Below, one piece after another: positions 26,070-38,419 of a DNA stretch of 64,000 nt. The notes under the pieces are model-generated. The model was not told where the DNA came from. It did not search any database and saw only the letters and a program-made list of their open reading frames with translations. Source of the DNA: Octopus sinensis (Eukaryota); assembly GCF_006345805.1 (NCBI RefSeq), contig NC_043007.1, forward strand, positions 6,882,001 through 6,946,000, read 5' to 3'. The position numbers and the translations under genes were made by a program. Each line of letters opens with the position of its first letter. The stretch's first letter is position 1.

Positions 26070-26328
26070 GTGTGTGTCCGTATCTCTTTTTATTATCGTT
26101 TACTTGTCTCAGTCATTACACTGTAGTCATCCTGGGGCACTGCCTTGAAAGATAATTTTTTTGTCGATTAAGTCGACCCGAGTGCATATTAAGTTTAGCT
26201 TGGTACTTTTTCTACTTGTGAAACCGTGGTGGCCAACACACAAAGACGCAAAGTCATCATACATATACATATATTCATACAAAATATATACGTGCATAAA
26301 TATACATGGGTATGTGTGTGTCTATGTG

Positions 26329-26360
<32 letters not shown>

Positions 26361-26460
26361 AAGATGGATAGATAGATAGATAGATAGATAGATATAGATA
26401 GATACATAGGTAGGTAGGTAGGTAGATAGATAGATAGATTGATAGATAGATAGATAGATT

Positions 26461-26527
<67 letters not shown>

Positions 26528-26584
26528 TGATAGATAGATAGATAGATTGATAGATAGATAGATTGATAGATAGATAGATAGATT

Positions 26585-26651
<67 letters not shown>

Positions 26652-26982
26652 GGATTGATGGATGGATGGATGGATGGATGGATAGATGGATAGATAGATA
26701 GATGGATAGATGGATAGATAGATAGATAGGTAGGTAGATTGCTAGAGAGGAGGAGAGAGAGAGATCGATAGCTTGCTAGAGAGAGAGAAAGTGAGGTAGA
26801 GAGAGAACGAGTAAGGTCTTCGCAATGCGATGGTACGTATGAAGATATTGATTTTGCACCTGAGTATTAGTAAACCGAAGTAATAGCAGAAGAAACTTGC
26901 TCGAGGTGCCACGCAGTGGGACTGAACACAGAACCATGTGGTTGGACAGCAATCGTCTTACCACATAGCTACACCTGCGCCT
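26070..26982 (-). mobile_element. CORE-type SINE family 1 split by a greatly expanded internal (GATA)n tract
   Basis: Tail remnants at 26070-26250 and head GAGGTGCCACGCAGTGGGACTGAAC...CACCTGCGCC at 26890-26982, in the same orientation. Confidence 0.6.
26330..26750. repeat. (GATA)n/(GATG)n tetranucleotide array
   Basis: Direct reading. Confidence 0.97.
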
Positions 26983-27199
26983 ACGCATCTCTGTATAGAT
27001 GAAGATGTGTATCTGTTTTGTATCCAACTATGTATGCTATAGTACACACGCAAAAACATTATCGATCAAGCTCAACAGAGAGTCCCCCTTCACTAAAGAG
27101 TTGGATACGATAGAAGTTGTAGAATTCCCTAACAGTTACTCCAAGTTTCACGGATTCGATTTTCACGCGGTATTATATGAGAATGTGTGTGTGTATGGA

Positions 27200-27225
<26 letters not shown>

Positions 27226-27231
<6 letters not shown>

Positions 27232-27624
27232 TGTTTACTTGCATTTGAGGGAGTGAATATATGGGCGTTTACTGTTTCTCGCACCTTCTGACACATGTAC
27301 ACATATAGTTGGACACATACACATTCACACACAGAAAAACACATACGCACAGAATAAAAAGATATGCACACATACACACACAGACACACACACACAAAAC
27401 TTCTGGCTGCTTATGTGAACCTACATTATGCATGTGTATGCATGCGTGAAATGCGTGAGTATATACGTATATATATATATATATATATATCCATACATAT
27501 ATATTTTTATGTGCATGCGAGTAAGCATACGATAGATAGACAGACAGGTGATAGTTAAATAGATAGATAGACAAACACAGTCAGACAGAGACAGACACAC
27601 AGACTGACAAATAGACAGACAGAC

Positions 27625-27700
<76 letters not shown>

Positions 27701-27709
27701 TGCTAGACT

Positions 27710-27746
<37 letters not shown>

Positions 27747-28324
27747 GTCTTCGCAATGCGATGGTACGTATGCAGGTATTGATTTTGCACCTGAGTGAAA
27801 AATGTAAAGAGAGAAAGTGAAAGAATAAGATATTGATGCGTATGTATACCGCTAATTAACACTTGTGGTGCCCGTGCATGAGCGTGTGCGCCTGCGCGTG
27901 TGTGTGTGTGTGTGTTGTGTGTGTGTGTGGGTGTGTTTACTTGCATTTGAGGGAGTGAATATATGGGCGTTTACTGTTTCTCGCACCTTCTGACACATGT
28001 ACACGTATAGTTGGACACATACACATTCACACACAGAAAAACACATACGCACAGAATAAAAAGATATGCACACATACACACACAGACACACACACACAAA
28101 ACTTCTGGCTGCTTATGTGAACCTACATTATGCATGTGTATGCATGCGTGAAATGCGTGAGTATATACGTATATATATATATATATATATATCCATACAT
28201 ATATTTTTATGTGCATGCGAGTAAGCATACGATAGATAGACAGACAGGTGATAGTTAAATAGATAGATAGACAAACACAGTCAGACAGAGACAGACACAC
28301 AGACTGACAAATAGACAGACAGAC

Positions 28325-28408
<84 letters not shown>

Positions 28409-28417
28409 TGCTAGACT

Positions 28418-28454
<37 letters not shown>

Positions 28455-28603
28455 GTCTTCGCAATGCGATGGTACGTATGCAGGTATTGATTTTGCACCT
28501 GAGTGAAAAATGTAAAGAGAGAAAGTGAAAGAATAAGATATTGATGCGTATGTATACCGCTAATTAACACTTGTGGTGCCCGTGCATGAGCGTGTGCGCC
28601 TGC

Positions 28604-28645
<42 letters not shown>
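27226..28645. repeat. Near-identical tandem duplication, period about 702-708 bp
   Basis: GCATTTGAGG at 27241 and 27943; ACTTGTGGTG at 27861 and 28569; differences are mainly microsatellite length. Confidence 0.95.
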
Positions 28646-29044
28646 TTGTTAATGTGTGCGATCGTGTTTGATATATAATATGTTTATGGAATTGTTTGTG
28701 CTGTTGAAGATGACATTTCTGCATATTATCTCTTTAGCTGTCGTTTATTTATAACCTTAAATGTTAATCTTGCTCTTCAAGAAACCATGCACATTCCCAG
28801 GTGTTGCTACTTCAACTCCTAAAAACCGACAACAACAACAACTGGGAGATGAAATGCAAATCCCAGCAGAAGCGAGAACCTCATTTCTCCTATGTTACAC
28901 TTCATTTTTCTTGTGATTGTTGTTGTTTTTATTGTTATTATTATTGTTGTCTTTGTTATTTTTGTTGTTTTCGCTGACATTACGTTGTGTTTTTTTTTTA
29001 CTTTTTTTCTCGTTACTCCTATCTTCCACCTTTAATCTTTTCTA

Positions 29045-31830
29045 CTCTAGGCACAATTTTTGGGGAGGGGGCGACAGTCGATTAGATCGACCCCAGAATG
29101 CAACTGGTACTTAATCTATCGACCCCGAAAGGATGAAAGGCAAAGTCGACCCAGCAGACTCTTACTCCTTTAATACATCGTTGATGTTGATGGAAATTTA
29201 TTAATAGTAGTATTGTTAGTATTCGTGTTATTGTTATTGATGCTGTTGTTGTTGTTGCTGATGATGTTTCAGATTTTTCTGGCTGTTGATGTCAGCTGGC
29301 AAAATCGTTAGTATGTCAGATTTCGCGACATTTCGTCCGTCTTTTCTGAGTTCAAATTCCGTCGAGGTCGACTTTGTCTTTTATCCCTTCAGGGTCGATG
29401 AAATAAGTACCAGTTAAAGAATGGGGTCGATGTTATTGATTTCTCTCCTCCACATTGCTGGCTTTGTGCCAAAATTTGAAATTATTATTAGTATTACTAT
29501 TATTGTTGTTGTTTTTTATGTATTTTGCTGTTGTTGTCGTTGTTGTGAGCTGGCAGAATCGTTAGCACGTCGGACAAAATACTTAAAATTTCTTCTGACT
29601 TTATTCCGGAGTTCAAATTCTGCTGAGGTCGTCTCCGCCTTTTATCATTTCTTGGTCGATGAAATAGCTACCAATGAAACAGGAGCGACGATGTAGTCAA
29701 CCGACCTTTTCCCAAATATTTCAGACATGATGACCGTTTATTGTAGAAATGGTTATTAATATTCTAATCGCGTAGGAAAACAGGGATGTGACACCGTTGT
29801 CAGAACATTCGACAAAAATACTTAGCAACTTTGTTTTTTGCGGAGTTCAAATCCCTCTACGATTGAATTTGCCATTAATCCGTTCGGGGTCTCAAGTACT
29901 GAATTAAATGCAAACAACTAAATCCATTGCCCTAAAATTGTTATTCTTTTACTAAGATTTGCAACCGTTATTATTAGATTTGATATCGCGAGATATCACA
30001 CAATCATCAGCGTGTGTATTCGGGGTCTTTAAATTGAGTTCAAATCCCACCGATGTTGATTTTCCCTAAAATAATTTCGGGATCGATATAATAAGTGTCA
30101 GTTGAGCTCTGAGAACCGATGTAAAAAATTAATCTCTTCCTTTAAAGTTGCTGGCTGTGTACCAAAACCTGACACCATTAAAAATAAGGCCACAAGTTGG
30201 AGAATCGTCATTGCAATAAACAAAATAACTGGTGGTATTTCTTCCACCTCTTTACGTTTTGAGTTCAAATTGCGTTAAGGTTGACGTTGCCTAGAATCGA
30301 AGTAATTTACTAACTTAAATATTTATTAAATATTTATTTCTTTATTGCCCACAGGGGGCTAAACATAGAGGGGACAAACAAAGACAGACAAGGGGATTAA
30401 GTCGATTACAATGATTAAATGGTATTTATTTAATCGTCCCCGAAAGGATGAAAGGAAAAGTCGACCTCGGCGGAATTTGAACTCAGAACGTAGAGACAGG
30501 CGAAATACCTATTTCTTTACTACCTACAAGGGGCTAAACGCAGAGAGGAAAAACAAGGACAGACAAACGGATTAAGTTGATTACATCGACCCCAGTACAC
30601 AACTGGTACTTATTTAATCGACCCCGAAAGGATGAAAGACAAAGTCGAACTCGGCGGAATTTGGACTCAGAACGTAACGGCGTTTCGCCTGGCGTGCTAA
30701 CGTTTCTGCCAGCTCGCCACCTTCTCCCCTTAAAATATTGTTAGCCTTGAGAAAAAAAACTGGAATAATTATTATCATCCTGAAGGGGACGAGCTGAAAA
30801 AGGTACGGAGCGGTGTTTCTTCCGGCTGCTTCCGTTTTGAGTACAAATATCACCGAGGTCAACTTTGCCTTCCATCTTCGCGGAATCGATGTAATAAAAA
30901 ACACTGAAGCACTGGGTTCAATGGAATTCCCTCGGTCCGTGCCATCAAATTTGCTGGCGTAGGGCCAAAATTTGAATCTTATTAATTGCAGAATCGTCGA
31001 GGGTTTGGGGAAAATGTTTTAAAGTATTTAGTTACGGTTGACTTCCAATCCCTCGAAGGTGGATTTTGCTTTTCATTTTTCGAGATCGATAATATGAAGT
31101 ACGAGTGATGTTCCGGGGTCGATGACATCGACAACCCTTCTTCATAAATATTCTGGACTTGTATCTAAATAAGAAGCATTGAAAGATGGGCTGGCAGAAT
31201 ACTTAAAGCTACGAAAAGCAATGCTTTGCAGTGTTAGATCTGGTATTTCAATTCAAGTCCTCTCGAAGCCAACTTTGAGGTTTACTTTTTCGGGGTCGAT
31301 AAAATAAGTGATATTTAAGTAGGGATGTCAAGACTCCCCACTTCTGTCTTTATACTAAAACTAGAAACTGTTATTTCAGGGAGAGGAGCTGAGATAATCC
31401 TATAAGTGTTGAAAAAAATGGCTTGCGGTTGCTACTCCGGCTAATTACGCCATGAGGTCAAATCTAGTTGAGGCCAAATTTACCGTTTGTGCTTATCCTT
31501 TTGATAAAATAAAGAAATGCACCGAGTTATTTAATCAGCAAACTTTATCTCAACAAAATTCTTGCATTGGGTCTCGATTAGAAACTATTGTTATTATGGA
31601 ATTGGTCAGGCGTCAAGCTGGCAGAATTGTTAGCATGCCAGACAAGTTCTGTAATGGTATTTCGTCCGTTTTTAAATCCTAGGTTCAAATTCCGCAAAAA
31701 TCGACTTGACTTTTCGTCATCCTTTAAAAGTCGATAAAATAAATACCAGTCAAGCTGTGGGATCGAGGTAATCGACCAGACCTCCCCCCCCCGCCTTAAA
31801 ATTGCAGGCCTTGTGCCAAAATTAGAAAGA
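29045..31830. mobile_element. Dense cluster of at least 10 diverged SINE family 2 units (mostly +; a younger - strand dimer at about 30335-30722)
   Basis: Repeated GAGTTCAAATTCC..GAGGTCGACTTTG..TCATCC..GGGGTCGAT and tail TGCTGGC.TTGTGCCAAAATTTGAA motifs at roughly 200-280 bp spacing. Confidence 0.8.
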
Positions 31831-31979
31831 AATATTATGGAGTTGATTGTATGATGTTGGTTAGTAGTGGTACCCGTAAAAGGTGGGGGCGGTTATTGTT
31901 TAGCTTTATGGGTATGATGGAATTGAAAACGCTTACGAAGCAGCTGAAGATGGTGACGTCGTGGATGCTGAATCCATTG

Positions 31980-32151
31980 GTGGTGGTGGTGGTAGTGGTG
32001 GTGGTGGTAGGAGCAGTAATACGAAGACAACACCAATGTAGACGATGATGATGATAGTGATGATGATGATGAATATGACTACGTAATGATGGCGAGTTCG
32101 ATGAGATCGATAGCGTTTATGATGACGATGGTTATTGTTAAACTCATAAAA

Positions 32152-32184
<33 letters not shown>

Positions 32185-32880
32185 TAAACTGTCGGTTTAG
32201 TAATGTTAATGACGTTGCTATTTCTTCGTGGTTTGGTTATTTCTCTTGTCTGTAGCCGACGGATCAGTGAGTATTGTAGCAGTGGATGATGATGATGATG
32301 GTGGTGGTGGTGGTGGTGGACGGGGGGCAGGGTGGAGGAGAATTGGTGACGATGACAACGATGACAGCGACGGATGTAGTTTTATGTTAAATGTAGTTGC
32401 TGTGATGTTTACGATGTTGATGGCTATGACGATGATGATGATGACGATGATGACGATGATGATTACGATGATGATGACAATAATAATGATGGTGGTGGTG
32501 GTGGTTTGTGGTGATATTTCGCGTGGAAACTTAAGACCTGATGATGAAGATGAGAAGAAGCCTGAGGATGAGGGGTGTAGGGGAGGAGGTTGATGAGGAG
32601 GAGGAGGGGATAAAGATGATGAGTTTGATGAGGATGATGATGGTTTCAGTGGCGGTGGCAGTGGTGGTAGTGGTGGTGGATGTTGTGTCATAGTGGAATA
32701 GAAGTGGGGGAGGAGGAGAATGACGATGAGGATGGTGAAGAGGGTGAAATTATATGATGTAGCAGTGAAGGTGACGATGACTAAGTTGACGGTCTGGTAG
32801 TGGTAGCAGTGATGCGGTGATGACGATGAGGAGGAGGAGGAGGAGGATAGTAGTCGTGGTGCTATTGTTGATAACACACT
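31980..32880. repeat. Cryptic (GAT)/(GGT)/(GAG) low-complexity tract
   Basis: Direct reading; ORFs 32218..32877 and 32228..32593 are homopolymer-rich translations. Confidence 0.85.
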
Positions 32881-32958
32881 ATGATAATAATGACGATTTC
32901 ATAATGAGAGTGGAGGCATTGGTAATTGCAGTTTAATAGTTGTAATAGTTTCAAAGCT

Positions 32959-32960
<2 letters not shown>

Positions 32961-33012
<52 letters not shown>
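32961..33012. repeat. Pure (CAG)n tract, about 17 units
   Basis: Direct reading. Confidence 0.97.
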
Positions 33013-33014
<2 letters not shown>

Positions 33015-33134
33015 TATTGAACTGATCAATTCAAGTAGAATTAGTAGTTGCGGTATTACTTATTAGAAGAGGTCATTCATTCGAGGTAATGGAGTCATTC
33101 TGGATCTGTCTGGTTTATTGGATCTTTTCTGCTC

Positions 33135-33480
33135 CACGAAATTTTGGGGGCGGAGGCCAGTCGATAGGATCGACCCCAGTTCGCAACTAGTACTTATTTT
33201 ATCGACCCCGAAAAGATGAAAAGCAAAGTCGATCTCAACGGAATTTGAACTCAGAACGTAGCGGTAGACGTAATACTTATTTCTTTACTGACGACAAGGG
33301 GTTAAACACAGAGGGGACAAACAAGGACAGACAGACAGATTAAGTCGATTATATCGGCATCAGTGCGTAACTGAAGGCGAAGTCGACCTCAGAGGAATTT
33401 GAACTCAGAACGTAGCAGTAGACGAAATACTGCTAAGCATTTCGCCCGGCGTGCTAACGTTTCTACCAGCTCGCAGCCTT
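33135..33480 (-). mobile_element. SINE family 2 dimer (head, core, tail A, core, tail B)
   Basis: Internal junction AATAC(T)TATTTCTTTAC at about 33275; head GAGCTGGTAGAAACGTTAGCAC at the 3' coordinate end. Confidence 0.8.
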
Positions 33481-33639
33481 GTCTAGTTTATTGGGCCGAT
33501 CCGAGTTGAGCCCATTCCACTTAGGGCTTTAATTTTTATGTATACACCCATATACATACCATATATATACATACATACATATTTATTTATTTATATACTT
33601 TCTGTACTGTGTATAACATAATTTTATTTGCCTTTTCAT

Positions 33640-34320
<681 letters not shown>

Positions 34321-34404
34321 CTTTCTGTACTGTGTATAGCATAATTTTATTTGCCTTTTCATCTCCATGCACTTTGAATCTGATTTCAACGTAAGACTTA
34401 CCTT

Positions 34405-34790
34405 AAAACTGGCAGAAGCGTTACCGCGTCGGACCAAATACTTACCGACATTTCTTTTAGCCTCTACGTTCTGAGTTCAAAGGCCACCAGAATCGACTTT
34501 GCCTTTCAACCATTTGGAGTTGATAAAATAAGTACCAGCTGAGGGTTGGGGGTCAAAGTAATCGACTTGCTCTTATCCACGAAATTGCTGGCTTAGTGCC
34601 AACATTTGAAACCAGTGTACAACTTCCCATGAGACGCTGACCTAGCAAAATTGTTAGTGCAGTGCATCGAACAAAATATTTACAGGCGTTTTTTCGAGTT
34701 CTTTGCGTTCATAATGTTCAGATATCTCCAATATCTGTTTTCCCTTTTCATCCTGGAAGGGCGATAAATTCACCAAACAAGCATTCATAT
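34405..34790 (+). mobile_element. SINE family 2 copies with tail B (one fairly intact, one degenerate)
   Basis: CTGGCAGAAGCGTTA...GAGTTCAAA...CGACTTTGCCTTTCA...GCTGGCTTAGTGCCAACATTTGAAACC. Confidence 0.75.
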
Positions 34791-35058
34791 GGATACCATC
34801 GACTCAGCTCCTACTACAAATGTTCTGCTCTTGCACCTCTATTCGAAACTGATAGCATCATCATTATTATTATTATTACGGCTGCTGTGTTAGGTGTAGG
34901 ACAATGTGGTGCCTAGTTTGGCTTCATCTTTCCTGGGTCAATAGAATAACTATCTGGTTGCGTTTGAATCTAGTTCACATCTCTTCCTCGGTGTCATTTT
35001 CCGTTTTTTCTTTATCTTTCCTTCATTTTTCTTCTCTTCGTCACTGCTGCTGCTGCTG

Positions 35059-35147
<89 letters not shown>

Positions 35148-36020
35148 TTATTCTTTTATTAGCCACAAGGGCTCACATACAATAACTTTAAAGGACATGC
35201 AACAACATAAAGACAAAACCGGGACTATACGATGGGTTTTCTGCGTGTAAACAAGATAAATAACCATTAAAATTGAACAAATTAAAACTGCTAATAGGGG
35301 AGGCGCTTTAAGGGCCTTGTGGAAAACCCCACAAAAGCCACGGGTGCTTGAACAACAAGGCAAAAACACTTCTTTTGTTTACAGGTGCAAGCTCAGAATT
35401 GGTCCTTTCACACTGGTCATTTTTCCAACATTTACCCACCTTTCAACAAACTTGCTACAAGGCAACACTTCTCTCTCCATCCTCAACTTCCTTTTCAAAT
35501 GAAACTTGAAAAAGTTGATGAGGGCTTGGCTAAAAAGTGTCTGTCTTTAGCCCTTTCAAACGGGTCCACCATACTACCTCTTTCGCTACAGCCACTGGAC
35601 AAATAAAAATTGCCTGCCCCTCCCGTCCAAAAGAGGGCGGCGGAGTATTCTTCACAATGGATTCAGCTGATAGCCGGATCTGCCCCACACGCGGCAGCAG
35701 GTATTCTACATTAACCTACAGGGCAGCAATACTCGGGCACTGGACCAGGGCTTCCAGAACGGTTTCATCGTTCTGGGCGCACCTCGGGCAGGCTCAGCTG
35801 ACGGCACTTCAGTGGCTGTAAAGTTTATCTCGAACAGGCAGCACCCCTCGGTGGCACTGCCAGGCAAGGGATTTCTGGAAGTTATCCATAGGCCCGGATC
35901 CGAAAGTTCTCCGAAACAAACCGGCTGGTTGATCTTCATCGACGCCCGGAGTTTCCCGGAGAATGTCGTCACATTTTCCTCGGAGCCGATGCGAATGTCA
36001 TGAGAACAACCTCTGTCACC
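35148..36020 (-). mobile_element. 5'-truncated Tx1/L1-clade non-LTR retrotransposon (ORF2 C-terminus plus 3'UTR)
   Basis: Minus-strand translation GLFRRTFGSGPMDNFQKSLAWQCHRGVLPVRDKLYSH..CPRCAQNDETVLEALVQCP...; ends GAGCCCTTGTGGCTAATAAAAGAATAAA and runs into (ATT)n. Confidence 0.85.
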
Positions 36021-36076
36021 AAACCAAAATACTTTTTAATGTTGCACCAACAAACGCAGCAGCAGCCGCATTGGCG

Positions 36077-36165
<89 letters not shown>

Positions 36166-37289
36166 TGTTGTTGTTGTTGTAATATTGGTGTGATAATGGT
36201 TCATTTGGAGGTGGCTATGAACATACTGAAGTTAAAAATGTGGCGCTTATAATGATATTCATGATGACGATCTGATTGTTTCGATGGTGTCGATAAAGAT
36301 TCAGTGGCTTATGAATAAATTGGTGATGAAGATCTGGCGGTGATGATGATGGCGACGATGATGTGAATGATGAGCGTGCGCTGGTAAGAGGCTGACGATG
36401 ATTCCCGTAATCTGATAGTAGGGAAAATATTTCATAAAAATGATTCGTTGATGATTAGGTTAAAAATATCTTGTCTTCATGATTTTTGTGCTTGTATGGA
36501 AGAAAAGTTAATCAAAATTTACCTGTACGAATTTTATGAATTTCACATGGATACAAAAAAATTATAGAATAGGGTTTGCCTGGAGTTGAATCTGTGCTGT
36601 AGAATTAGAAGTATATATTCGTGCTGTTCGTTTTTGAAATGAACCGTCACTCCGCTGGAACCTATTTTTTCGAGACATTCAAGACAAAGATCACGTTGCT
36701 CGGATTAAAACTGTCGATAGGATAGATCAAAATTTATTATTGTCAACCATTTTACTCCTGAATTTTATTGATGCTACAAACGAATTTCAGTCGCAAATTG
36801 TGAGGTACGAAGTGGGTGCAGTCTAAAAAGAGCAGCCACTTTATGTGTATGTATTCGTTGTCGTTGAAGGTTTGTTACATTTGAGACAAGCAGGGCGGCC
36901 AGTTTGATTACCAGTATAGGGCGGTTCAAAACGCGCGCCACGTCACTCCCTAATGCACTTCAATAACTGGGACCAACGTATGAATAAGGGTAATTTCCAT
37001 ATCCAAAGATTGACGGTTCAAATTTAGTGTACGCCATTCTCAGAGTATATTTTTAAAAAATTTATGGTTTTGCTTTTATTATTGAGGCTATTAGATTGCG
37101 ACTAGAACTTATTATAACGGTATCGATTCATAAATCACCTTATTACGAGGACGTAAACAAACTGACACTGGCCGACATGTATCGAGACACAAAGAAAAGT
37201 GAAAGTAAAAACAGAAAACAATTTCAGACGTGAGAATTGCTCGTGCGTACACTTACATCGAACCCGTTATCAATCACACACCTGAATGC

Positions 37290-37615
37290 GTGGCTCAGAG
37301 GCTCACATTACATTTAAATGGGTTTTAGCTCAATCCCAGCCCAATGCGCGGTGTCTCAGGCAAATGCCTTCAACAAACTCCCAGATCAAACAATGACTCC
37401 TGACTGAATTTGTTAGATCGATCTCCTCGAACACAACTGACAACCGGTATCGGTTTGTTTATGTCTCCATAACTTAACTGCTCGGCAAAAAAAAAAACGC
37501 TGAAATAAGTACCAGACTTGAAGAAAAACTGTACTGGCGTTCAACCATTCGACCAAACCGTGGTGCTCCAGCATGACTGCATCCAATAACGGATATATGC
37601 AAAAGATAAAAGATA
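37290..37615 (+). mobile_element. Degenerate CORE-type SINE family 1
   Basis: Tail motifs GACAACCGGT..GTTTGTTTATGTC..AATAAGTACCAG..GGTGCTCCAGCATG..AAAAGATAAAAGA. Confidence 0.6.
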
Positions 37616-37629
37616 CATTGTATGTTATT

Positions 37630-37690
37630 TGTAGCTATTTTCTCTTCCCAGGTAAGTCTTGGGCAACGAGATCTAGGATTAAGTAAGTTT
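37630..37690 (+). promoter_or_regulatory. Candidate recursive splice site (3'ss fused to 5'ss) with a 31-nt cryptic exon
   Basis: TTTTCTCTTCCCAG (37638-37651) is immediately followed by GTAAGT (37652-37657); a second GTAAGT lies at 37683-37688. Confidence 0.5.
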
Positions 37691-38200
37691 CTAACCAAAG
37701 GCATCCACTGTTTTGGGGTTTTTTTTTGTATATTTACGTACAGTCTATCTAAGACTACATTGTACAATGTAACCTTCATTGTTTTAGATAGTAGTACGTC
37801 TGCTGGATCGGAATACGGCAATATAAACAATACAATCGTAGACAGAAAAAATAAGCTATGGCTGCAGATGCATCTTTCATCAGTTGCGTTTCTAGCTTTA
37901 ATCGTTTTGTTTACTTGGACTTATTCGTGTACGCAACGCCATCAGTTTCGGTGCTGGCTCTAAATCCGCTGGAAATTCCACAGAGATAAAAAGTGAATGA
38001 GTCGCACTTCTGACACGAAATGTAGAACGCGGTATTGATTTATAAATCTTAGATATGATTATATAATTGGTAATATATTATGGCTGCAAAACAAAATGTA
38101 GTTTCCCTACCAGCAATTTACGTGTGCATATGTGTGTGTGCATATGTGTGTGTGTGTGTATATGTGTGCATTATATATATGTATATATATATATATATAT

Positions 38201-38238
<38 letters not shown>

Positions 38239-38385
38239 TTACATACATACATACATATCATATGTATATGTATATATGTATATATATATTATATGTGTAT
38301 ATGATTATATCTATACTATATATATATCATATATATATATATATGCGTGTATGTATGTATGCACTTGTGTTTATGCGTGAGTGTA

Positions 38386-38416
<31 letters not shown>

Positions 38417-38419
38417 AAA

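Noticed and set aside
29045-31830. CRISPR-like or tRNA-gene array
   Set aside because: Units are about 200-bp diverged SINE copies, not short identical repeats with unique spacers, and none forms a complete tRNA cloverleaf; the DNA is eukaryotic.
32218-32877. 219-aa Pro/Ser/Ile-rich ORF (similarly 44872..45438 and 48348..49400)
   Set aside because: Cryptic trinucleotide or C-rich sequence; 48348..49400 is an off-frame reading of the Penelope remnant plus its C/T-rich tract.
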